A DNA stretch of 5,386 nucleotides, taken from positions 1 to 5,386 of the forward strand of contig CAYXWT010000047.1 in assembly GCA_964468895.1 (NCBI GenBank), read 5' to 3'. The DNA comes from an uncultured archaeon. GTDB taxonomy: Archaea > Iainarchaeota > Iainarchaeia > Iainarchaeales > CSSED10-239. Positions 1-5,365 of the stretch are shown here, in pieces (position 1 is the first letter of the stretch; each line of letters begins with the position of its first letter). The notes under the pieces were generated by a model. It saw nothing but the letters and a program-made list of their open reading frames with translations, ran no database searches and had not been told where the DNA came from. The position numbers and the translations under genes were made by a program.

Positions 1-101
1 ATTGCTTTTAAATTTTTACTTTTTGCAAGATTTATAATTTCTTGAGGACTTAATTTTCCATCAGAATAATGGCTGTGAATATGTAAATCTGTATTGTTCA
101 T
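1..101 (-). CDS. PHP-domain metal-dependent phosphoesterase, N-terminal fragment (continues beyond the window's left edge)
   Basis: Not in the supplied ORF track (too short). The reverse complement of 1-101 starts with ATG (101-99) and reads MNNTDLHIHSHYSDGKLSPQEIINLAKSKNLKA. D-L-H-x-H-S-x-x-S-D-G is the first metal-binding motif of PHP (polymerase/histidinol phosphatase) family proteins. An in-frame stop at 123-125 on this strand leaves ATG 101-99 as the only ATG start. Confidence 0.6.
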   Translation of the reverse strand, partial: MNNTDLHIHSHYSDGKLSPQEIINLAKSKNLKA

Positions 102-109
102 AAATAGTT

Positions 110-319
110 CTATTGCATTGTTTTAGTAGCTAATTTAATATCTTCACCAGTTACGGTTTTTCTTTTAGCATGTTTTGCTAAATCTATTGCTTGTTTAGAA
201 ATATCTATAGCTACTTCTTCAATTATCTTTCCAAGTTCAATAGCAGCATCTTCTGAAACTCTACCAGCTCCAGCTTTTCTTATTAATCTGTCAATTGCAG
301 CAATTGGTAAATCACTCAT
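110..319 (-). CDS. Archaeal histone (HMfA/HMfB family, single histone fold, 69 aa)
   Basis: MSDLPIAAIDRLIRKAGAGRVSEDAAIELGKIIEEVAIDISKQAIDLAKHAKRKTVTGEDIKLATKTMQ aligns along its full length with HMf-type histones (LPIApI.RiIk.AGA.RVS.DA ... A.HAgRKTv..eDI.LA). GAGGTG lies 5 nt upstream of the ATG. Confidence 0.92.
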   Translation of the reverse strand: MSDLPIAAIDRLIRKAGAGRVSEDAAIELGKIIEEVAIDISKQAIDLAKHAKRKTVTGEDIKLATKTMQ

Positions 320-324
320 TTTAA

Positions 325-330
325 CACCTC
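325..330 (-). promoter_or_regulatory. Shine-Dalgarno site of the histone gene (GAGGTG, 5-nt spacer)
   Basis: The reverse complement of 320-330 is GAGGTGTTAAA, immediately before ATG 319-317. It is complementary to the archaeal 16S 3' end (..GAUCACCUCC). Motif and spacing are identical to those upstream of ATG 2109. Confidence 0.6.
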
Positions 331-359
331 ATTTTTAATTCTAAGTTAATTTAAGTCTT

Positions 360-377
360 ATTTTATAGATTTTATAC
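360..377 (-). promoter_or_regulatory. Tandem TATA-like boxes, candidate histone promoter
   Basis: The minus strand reads GTATAAAATCTATAAAAT. The proximal TATAAAAT (360-367) is centred about 44 nt upstream of the ATG. With a TSS about 26 nt downstream, that gives a 5' UTR of about 18 nt containing the SD. The AT-rich background makes chance matches likely. Confidence 0.3.
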
Positions 378-526
378 TCCAAAATGTTTATAAATAATTA
401 TTTTCTAAAAATATCTTAAAAACATAGTTTTTAATACTATTTTAGCTTTTATATTATTATAATATAAATTTAAAATAAAATTTTTATTATTAAAATTAAA
501 ATATATTTTTATTTTGTGATTCCTTT

Positions 527-1357
527 ATGACTTTATCAGATTCTATACTTTTACAAATCTCTCAAAAAAAAACATCTTATAATGATTTATTGACAAGAAT
601 ACTTCCTAATTATTCTTCTAAATCTTCAGCAAAAGCAGCTTTATCTAGATCTTTAAAGAATTTAATTGCTTTTGAAAATATTAAAAAAGAAGATGGTGTA
701 TATGAAATTACATCTAAAGGAGCACAAAATATTAAATCTAAACTTAAAAATAAAATACTTATAAATATTAATGATCTTATTACTAAAAATAAAAAAACAA
801 AAGATTTAAGATATTTAGATGATATTATAAAGAATTTACAAATTTTTATAGAAAGGTCGAAACATGATGCTATGCTTCTTAGGATTGGAAAAACTAGTTC
901 TGGTTTTTTTGTTTCTGATCTTAAAGACATATTACTTAATTTAAATAATACTATTAAACATTATAGTTATTTAAATAAAGTTCTTGAAAAGCAAATATTA
1001 ATATTTCAAGAAGAAAATTTTGAAGATCAAAAAATATTAAATTTAGATAATAAAAGTATATCTAAATTAAAAGATCTTGGTGAATTTTATAATTTAGATG
1101 AATTTATTATAGAATTTAATAAAGATGATTTAGAGATAATTAATATATTTAAAAACAATTTTAAATTTAAAACTAAATCTGAAAATATTTTTTTAGTTAA
1201 TTTTTCAGAAATTGATGATTTTAAAAAAATATTGTATGAAAATTTAGAAGTTATTATTAATATTAATTTTAAAATATTTGTTAATGAAATTATTATCAAA
1301 GTAATGGGTACTAAAATGTGTTTTATAGGTCCTCACAACATTATTGTTGATATCTAA
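527..1357 (+). CDS. Hypothetical protein, 276 aa, winged-helix-like N-terminal domain plus K/N/I-rich C-terminal region of unknown function
   Basis: Longest ORF in the region. The N-terminal ~75 aa (ILLQISQKKTSYNDLLTRIL...AALSRSLKNLIAFENIKKEDGVYEITSKG) has a helix-turn-helix plus beta-wing pattern. GTGAT (516-520), part of the anti-16S SD, lies 6 nt upstream of the ATG. I recognise no family for residues ~80-276. Confidence 0.7.
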   Translation: MTLSDSILLQISQKKTSYNDLLTRILPNYSSKSSAKAALSRSLKNLIAFENIKKEDGVYEITSKGAQNIKSKLKNKILININDLITKNKKTKDLRYLDDIIKNLQIFIERSKHDAMLLRIGKTSSGFFVSDLKDILLNLNNTIKHYSYLNKVLEKQILIFQEENFEDQKILNLDNKSISKLKDLGEFYNLDEFIIEFNKDDLEIINIFKNNFKFKTKSENIFLVNFSEIDDFKKILYENLEVIININFKIFVNEIIIKVMGTKMCFIGPHNIIVDI

Positions 1358-1434
1358 TTAAAAACAAATATGTTAAGTTTAATTTTTAAAAGTCTAAAAT
1401 TGATGTTTAGGTAGAAACCTTACTAAAAAGATAT

Positions 1435-1444
1435 TTTAATTAAA
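1435..1444 (+). promoter_or_regulatory. TATA-like box (TTTAATTAAA) positioned for a leaderless or near-leaderless transcript of the ArsR-like gene
   Basis: The centre is about 26-27 nt upstream of A of ATG 1466, the canonical archaeal TATA-to-TSS distance. Only a weak AGGT (1452-1455, 10-nt spacer) is available as an SD. Low specificity in AT-rich DNA. Confidence 0.3.
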
Positions 1445-1465
1445 TTAATTTAGGTAAAGTTTATT

Positions 1466-2095
1466 ATGGACAAGTTACTAATAGATAAAGATACTTTAAA
1501 AGCCTTAGTTGTTGATACTAGATTAAATATACTTAAACTTTTACATAAGCGTAAGTATACATTATCTGAATTATCTAAAATATTAAATTTATCAGCATCA
1601 ACTATAAAAGAGCATTTAGATATTCTTTGCAAAGTAGATCTTGCTAAAAAAGAAGATAATAATAGAAAATGGAAATATTATTCTTTAACTTATAAAGGTC
1701 TTAATTTAATTAATCCTTCAGAAACAAAAGCTTTGTTTTCTTTTGTTTTAAGTTTAATAATTACTATTGGTGTTGGTTTATTTTTTTTAAGTTCTACTAT
1801 GGTTGCAAGTAGTAACACTTTTGAATCTCCTAGATCTTCTTTAAATATAGAAAATTTAAATAATTATGATTCTGTTATGATTTCTTCCAAAACTATGCGT
1901 AATGATTCTGAAGTTTTAAATCAAGAAGTTCCTATAGTAGCAGCAAAGGAAGTTGCGAAATCAGATTTTAAATTAAATGTTAATTTTAGTTTAGGAGTTA
2001 TTTCTTCATCTTTGTTTATTACTTTTGTAATAATTTCAATTTGTCTTTTAATTAATTATTCTAGTAAAAAAAATAAAATTAAATATAATGTTTAA
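1466..2095 (+). CDS. Membrane-anchored ArsR/SmtB-family winged-helix transcriptional regulator (209 aa, two predicted TM helices)
   Basis: The N-terminus LKALVVDTRLNILKLLHKRKYTLSELSKILNLSASTIKEHLDILCKVDLAKKEDNNRKWKYYSLTYKG matches the ArsR HTH_5/HTH_20 pattern (L.AL.d.tRl.IL.lL....t.sEL...l.ls.sT...HL..L....L......r...Y.lt). Hydrophobic spans are ALFSFVLSLIITIGVGLFFLSS and LGVISSSLFITFVIISICLLINY, separated by a ~60-aa S/N-rich loop. The basic C-terminal tail is SSKKNKIKYNV. Confidence 0.75.
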   Translation: MDKLLIDKDTLKALVVDTRLNILKLLHKRKYTLSELSKILNLSASTIKEHLDILCKVDLAKKEDNNRKWKYYSLTYKGLNLINPSETKALFSFVLSLIITIGVGLFFLSSTMVASSNTFESPRSSLNIENLNNYDSVMISSKTMRNDSEVLNQEVPIVAAKEVAKSDFKLNVNFSLGVISSSLFITFVIISICLLINYSSKKNKIKYNV

Positions 2096-2097
2096 TA

Positions 2098-2103
2098 GAG
2101 GTG
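2098..2103 (+). promoter_or_regulatory. Shine-Dalgarno site (GAGGTG, 5-nt spacer) for ATG 2109
   Basis: TAA(2093-2095)-TA-GAGGTG-TTATT-ATG(2109). Same motif and spacing as the histone gene. Confidence 0.6.
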
Positions 2104-2108
2104 TTATT

Positions 2109-2987
2109 ATGAGTTTTAAAAATCAAATAAATACAATGAAAAATAATTGGTTTCTAATTTTAATTAGTTTGTTTTTAGTTGTACTTGTTGTTTTAGGTTC
2201 TGGTTTTTTTTCAAAAGGCTATAATGATTTTGATGGTATTGATATGTCATTTAGAAATAATTCTGAATCTTTAGGATCTGCTGCTGAGAAATCTTATGTA
2301 AATACTTATTCTCCAGAAGTAGATTCTAGAAAGATAACTGTTTATACTAATTTAAATTTAAAACTAAAGAAAAATCAATTTTCTAAAGTAGATTTGAATC
2401 TAAAAAATATAGTTATAAATACAAATTCAATTTTATTAAAGGAAAATACTAGTGTGTATAATAGAAATAATAATTTAAAATCAGGTAACTATACTATTAA
2501 AGTAGAATCTGTAAAATTGGACTCTATTATTAGTCAATTAAAAAATCTTGGTGAAGTGAATAGTTTTTCAAGCCATAAAACAGATATTACTGAACAATAC
2601 GAAAACCTAGAAATAGAACTTAATAGTGAAAATAATAAGTTAAAAAGATTTAAAGAATTATATGATTCTAATTCAGCATTATTAGAAAATAAAGTTGAAC
2701 TAATTGAAAAAATATTTAATCAAGAAAGAAGAATTAAATATTTGGAAGAATCTTTAGAAAATAAAGATAAAACCGTTAAATATTCTACAATTAATTTAAG
2801 TGTGTCTGAATACTCAAATTATATATCTATAATTTTTGTTAAATTTTCAGATTTATTAAAAACAATTGTTGGATCAATAAATGTTTTATTACATATAATT
2901 TTTGCAGTTGTCCCATTTATAATATTTATTTGGTTAATTGTAATGGTTGTAAAACTTTTTAAAAAAAAAAGAAAAATTAAGAAATAA
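2109..2987 (+). CDS. DUF4349-like bitopic membrane protein (292 aa from ATG 2109; 299 aa if ATG 2088 is used)
   Basis: N-terminal signal-anchor (KNNWFLILISLFLVVLVVLGSGFF). An extracytoplasmic region of ~200 aa contains a coiled-coil stretch. The C-terminal TM segment (INVLLHIIFAVVPFIIFIWLIVMVVKLF) is followed by a KKKRKIKK tail. The core (YTIKVESVKLDSIISQLKNLGEV.S....DITEQYENLEIEL...L..F.EL......E....IE.I......I.YLE..L.N.D..V.YSTINLSVSE) resembles my recollection of the DUF4349 (PF14257) pattern (L..LG.V.s.....DVTeeY.DLeaRL ... v.ySTi.vtl.e). The start at 2109 is preferred because of the GAGGTG SD. ATG 2088 is in frame and overlaps the upstream gene by 8 nt. Confidence 0.6.
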   Translation: MSFKNQINTMKNNWFLILISLFLVVLVVLGSGFFSKGYNDFDGIDMSFRNNSESLGSAAEKSYVNTYSPEVDSRKITVYTNLNLKLKKNQFSKVDLNLKNIVINTNSILLKENTSVYNRNNNLKSGNYTIKVESVKLDSIISQLKNLGEVNSFSSHKTDITEQYENLEIELNSENNKLKRFKELYDSNSALLENKVELIEKIFNQERRIKYLEESLENKDKTVKYSTINLSVSEYSNYISIIFVKFSDLLKTIVGSINVLLHIIFAVVPFIIFIWLIVMVVKLFKKKRKIKK

Positions 2988-2993
2988 TTTTTT
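2988..2993 (+). terminator. Oligo-T tract (T6) immediately after the DUF4349-like stop, candidate archaeal terminator
   Basis: TAA(2985-2987)-TTTTTT. Archaeal termination typically uses oligo-T runs. Only 10 nt separate the two convergent stop codons. Confidence 0.3.
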
Positions 2994-2997
2994 AAGA

Positions 2998-4635
2998 TTA
3001 TTTATCTTCTTTTTTTATTTTGCACTTTTTTAGAAATTCTATAAATAAAGGGTGACCTTTTTCTATGGTTGATTTTAATTCAGGGTGAGCTTGAGTAGCA
3101 ACAAAAAAGGGATGATTTTCAAGTTCTATAAATTCTATAAGTTTACCATTAGAGCTTTTACCACTTAGAATTAAATTGTTATCTTCTAGAATTTTATGGT
3201 AATCTGGATTAACTTCATATCTATGTCTATGTCTTTCAAATATAATTTCTGAATTGTATATTTTGTGTACATATGTGCCTTTTTTAATAATAGCTTTGTA
3301 AGATCCTAATCTCATAGATGCGCCCAGGTTATTTAAATCCTGATTTTCTAATATTTTTATTATTGGTTCAGTAGTTTCAGAATCAATTTCTGTAGAGTTT
3401 GCATTTATTATATTGCATACGTTTCTGACATATTCAATAATAGCTAATTGCATACCATAACAAAGTCCTAGAAATGGGGTTTTATTTTCTCTTGCCCACT
3501 TAATTATTTTTATTTTACCATCTATTGCTCTTTTCCCAAAACCTCCAGGTATAATTACACCATCTATTTTGTATAATTCTTCAAAATTTATATTTTCTGT
3601 ATTTATAAATTCTATTTTTAGAGGTATGTTATTAACTATTGATGAATGATTTAATGCTTCAATTACTGAAGCATAAGAATCTTTAAGATCTGTATATTTA
3701 CCACATATGCCTATTGTTATTTTCTTATTTTCTTCTGTATTTGTTTTAAACTTTGTTAGTTTTTTTACATTAGTTGTATATTTGTCAAAATCTTTATTTA
3801 CATTTAATTTTAGTTTATCACAAATTAATTGATCTATATTTTGTTTTTTAAATTCAACAGGTATTTCATAAACATTATCTAAATCTTTTGCAGAAATTAT
3901 TTTTTCTAATGGTATGTTTGAGAAGTCTGCAATTTTTATTTTTGATTTTAATTCTAATTCTTTTGTAGTTCTACAAATAATTAGATCTGGAATAATATTC
4001 CTTTTAAATAATTCAGAAATACTTCTTTGAGCAGGTTTTGTTTTTTGTTCACCACTAAATGTAAGTTCTGGAACATATGTTAAGTGAATTTTAAATGTGT
4101 TACTTTTTAATTTTTGCAATATGTGTTTAATAGCATAAATATAGAGTTCATTTTCTAAATCTCCAATAGTTCCACCAATTTCTAATAGAACTAATTCAGC
4201 GTCATTATCTAAAGCCACATTTAATATTTTTTGTTCAATGTAATTTCTAACTTCAGGTATAAGTTTAACATCTTTTCCAAGATATCCTCCTTTACGTTCT
4301 AAATCTAATATTTCTTTATAAATTTTACCCATTGTTATATTTTGAGATTTGTTACAAGTAATTTCTAAAAATCTTTCATAATGCCCAAAATCCATATCTA
4401 CTTCGCTACCATCATCTAAAACAAAAACTTCACCGTGTACCATTGGATTAATAGTTCCTGGATCATAATTAAGATATCCATCACATTTAATTGGAACTTT
4501 TTTTATATTATTAGAAATTAATTTTCCAATACTTGCTAAAGATATGCCTTTTCCAAGTCCAGAAATAACCCCTCCAGTTATTATTATAAATTTTATGTTT
4601 TTGTCTTTAACTTTTTTGTAGATTTCTTCTAGCAT
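2998..4635 (-). CDS. pyrG: CTP synthase (glutamine-hydrolysing), 545 aa
   Basis: Full-length match to the CTP synthase architecture. Synthetase domain motifs: ITGGVISGLGKG, DPGTINPMVHGEVFVLDDGSEVDMDFGHYERF, EIGGTIGDLE. Class I glutamine amidotransferase motifs: PGGFGKR, GLCYGMQ (nucleophile Cys), MRLG, ERHRHRYEVN, QAHPE (His/Glu of the triad). AGGTG lies 8 nt upstream of the ATG. Confidence 0.97.
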   Translation of the reverse strand: MLEEIYKKVKDKNIKFIIITGGVISGLGKGISLASIGKLISNNIKKVPIKCDGYLNYDPGTINPMVHGEVFVLDDGSEVDMDFGHYERFLEITCNKSQNITMGKIYKEILDLERKGGYLGKDVKLIPEVRNYIEQKILNVALDNDAELVLLEIGGTIGDLENELYIYAIKHILQKLKSNTFKIHLTYVPELTFSGEQKTKPAQRSISELFKRNIIPDLIICRTTKELELKSKIKIADFSNIPLEKIISAKDLDNVYEIPVEFKKQNIDQLICDKLKLNVNKDFDKYTTNVKKLTKFKTNTEENKKITIGICGKYTDLKDSYASVIEALNHSSIVNNIPLKIEFINTENINFEELYKIDGVIIPGGFGKRAIDGKIKIIKWARENKTPFLGLCYGMQLAIIEYVRNVCNIINANSTEIDSETTEPIIKILENQDLNNLGASMRLGSYKAIIKKGTYVHKIYNSEIIFERHRHRYEVNPDYHKILEDNNLILSGKSSNGKLIEFIELENHPFFVATQAHPELKSTIEKGHPLFIEFLKKCKIKKEDK

Positions 4636-4643
4636 AGTTCTAA

Positions 4644-4648
4644 CACCT
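4644..4648 (-). promoter_or_regulatory. Shine-Dalgarno site of pyrG (AGGTG, 8-nt spacer)
   Basis: The reverse complement of 4636-4648 is AGGTGTTAGAACT, followed by ATG 4635-4633. Confidence 0.5.
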
Positions 4649-4786
4649 ATTTTTAGTTTGTTTTTTTTTAAAATAGTATCTAGTTTAATAAACCATTAAA
4701 AACTTAACTGGCGATGGTTTGGTTTATAATATTATTTATTAATAATATATATGTACCCTCTTTACTAATTAGAGTTGCATTTATTT

Positions 4787-4869
4787 GCAAGGGTGGCGGA
4801 GTGGTCAAACGCACCAGGCTTGAGACCTGGAGTCTTACGACTACGCGAGTTCAAATCTCGTCCCTTGCG
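4787..4869 (+). tRNA. tRNA-Ser, anticodon UGA (type II, long variable arm, no encoded CCA)
   Basis: Manual cloverleaf. Acceptor GCAAGGG/CCCTTGC (7 bp). D stem GCG/CGC. Anticodon stem CCAGG/CCTGG with loop CT-TGA-GA. Variable arm AGTC-TTAC-GACT. T arm GCGAG-TTCAAAT-CTCGT. Discriminator G. GC-rich island in AT-rich DNA. Confidence 0.93.
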
Positions 4870-4921
4870 TTTATTTAACTAAATAAATTTATTTAAATAA
4901 TTATGCTATCTTAAATTATAT

Positions 4922-5257
4922 ATGGTTGTAAAAAATGAAATTACTTATGATGATTTTTGTAAATTAGATATAAGAATTGGAGAAGTAATAGAAGCTGAAA
5001 AAATACTTACTAGTGATAAGTTAATTAAAATTATTTTTGATTTTGGTGATTTTAAAAGACAAGTTTTAGCAGGTATTGCAACTAAGTATAGTGCTGAAGA
5101 ATTAATTGGAAAAAAAATGCCAGTTATAGTTAATTTAAAGCCTAGAAAATTAATGGGTTTTGAAAGTTGTGGTATGATTCTTGCTTGTGGAGAAAATGAT
5201 GTTGAATCACTTTTATTTCCAAGCGATAATGTTGAAAATGGATCTCCAATAAGTTAA
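4922..5257 (+). CDS. Stand-alone tRNA-binding domain protein (Trbp111/CsaA/MetRS C-terminal-domain family, OB fold), 111 aa
   Basis: FCKLDIRIGEVIEAEKILTSDKLIKIIFDFGDFKRQVLAGIATKYSAEELIGKKMPVIVNLKPRKLMGFESCGMILA matches the conserved pattern of the MetRS C-terminal/Trbp111/EMAP-II-like tRNA-binding domain (K.DlRvG.I.eaE.....sDKL.kl..D.G...RqvvsGI...Y.pEeLvGK.v.vv.NLKP.k.rG..S.GMlLa). The ORF is bounded upstream by a tRNA gene, so it is not a fragment of a synthetase. Confidence 0.85.
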   Translation: MVVKNEITYDDFCKLDIRIGEVIEAEKILTSDKLIKIIFDFGDFKRQVLAGIATKYSAEELIGKKMPVIVNLKPRKLMGFESCGMILACGENDVESLLFPSDNVENGSPIS

Positions 5258-5282
5258 TTTTTTTAAATACTTTTTTTATTTT

Positions 5283-5365
5283 GCAGGGGTGGCGGAGCGG
5301 TCAAACGCACTAGTCTGGAAAGCTAGAGTCTTACGACTACGCGAGTTCAAATCTCGTCTCCTGCG
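5283..5365 (+). tRNA. tRNA-Ser, anticodon GGA (type II, long variable arm, no encoded CCA)
   Basis: Manual cloverleaf. Acceptor GCAGGGG/CTCCTGC (one G-U pair). D stem GCG/CGC. Anticodon stem CTAGT/GCTAG with loop CT-GGA-AA. Variable arm and T arm are identical to the tRNA at 4787-4869. Discriminator G. Confidence 0.93.

Noticed and set aside
320-526. AT-rich spacer as a replication origin
   Set aside because: There are no ORB or mini-ORB-like repeats with G-strings, no repeated elements of any kind that I could find, and no adjacent orc1/cdc6 gene. An AT-rich divergent promoter region is the simpler explanation.
564-572. A9 homopolymer inside ORF 527-1357 (and A10 at 2961-2970) as phase-variation switches
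   Set aside because: Poly-A runs encoding lysine stretches are expected at this base composition. No population data are available in a single sequence.
610-930. 106-aa ORF on the minus strand
   Set aside because: It lies entirely antisense to the longer 527-1357 ORF. The protein is low-complexity (F/L/I/S-rich), as expected from reading a K/N/I-rich gene backwards. It has no SD and no recognisable motif.
1087-1299. 70-aa ORF on the minus strand
   Set aside because: It is antisense within the 527-1357 ORF. The I/L/S-rich low-complexity translation is a typical shadow ORF in AT-rich DNA.
1407-1428. Weak hairpin TTTAG-N12-CTAAA between ORF 527-1357 and the ArsR-like gene as a terminator or riboswitch
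   Set aside because: It has only a 5-bp AT-rich stem with a 12-nt loop, and archaeal termination does not require hairpins. It is indistinguishable from chance.
1435-1452. Perfect overlapping palindromes TTTAATTAAA (1435-1444) and TAAATTAATTTA (1441-1452) as an ArsR operator
   Set aside because: Pure A/T palindromes of this length arise easily by chance in this composition and coincide with the expected TATA position. The sequence is kept only as a low-confidence TATA call. An autoregulatory operator cannot be supported from sequence alone.
1450-1632. 60-aa ORF on the minus strand
   Set aside because: It is antisense to the well-supported ArsR-like wHTH coding region and has no independent support.
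2998-4635. Possible atypical CTP synthase (14-residue N-terminal lead before the GGVISGLGKG motif, IPE instead of the usual IPH segment)
   Set aside because: All catalytic signatures I can recognise are intact in both the synthetase and glutaminase domains. The differences look like ordinary lineage divergence and cannot be judged without an alignment.
4787-5365. The two tRNA-Ser copies as attL/attR of an integrated mobile element
   Set aside because: Both copies are complete cloverleaves with different anticodons (UGA and GGA) and compensatory acceptor changes, so they are functional isoacceptors rather than a duplicated 3' att fragment. The intervening 413 bp carries only a small housekeeping-type gene. 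There is no integrase or other mobile gene.
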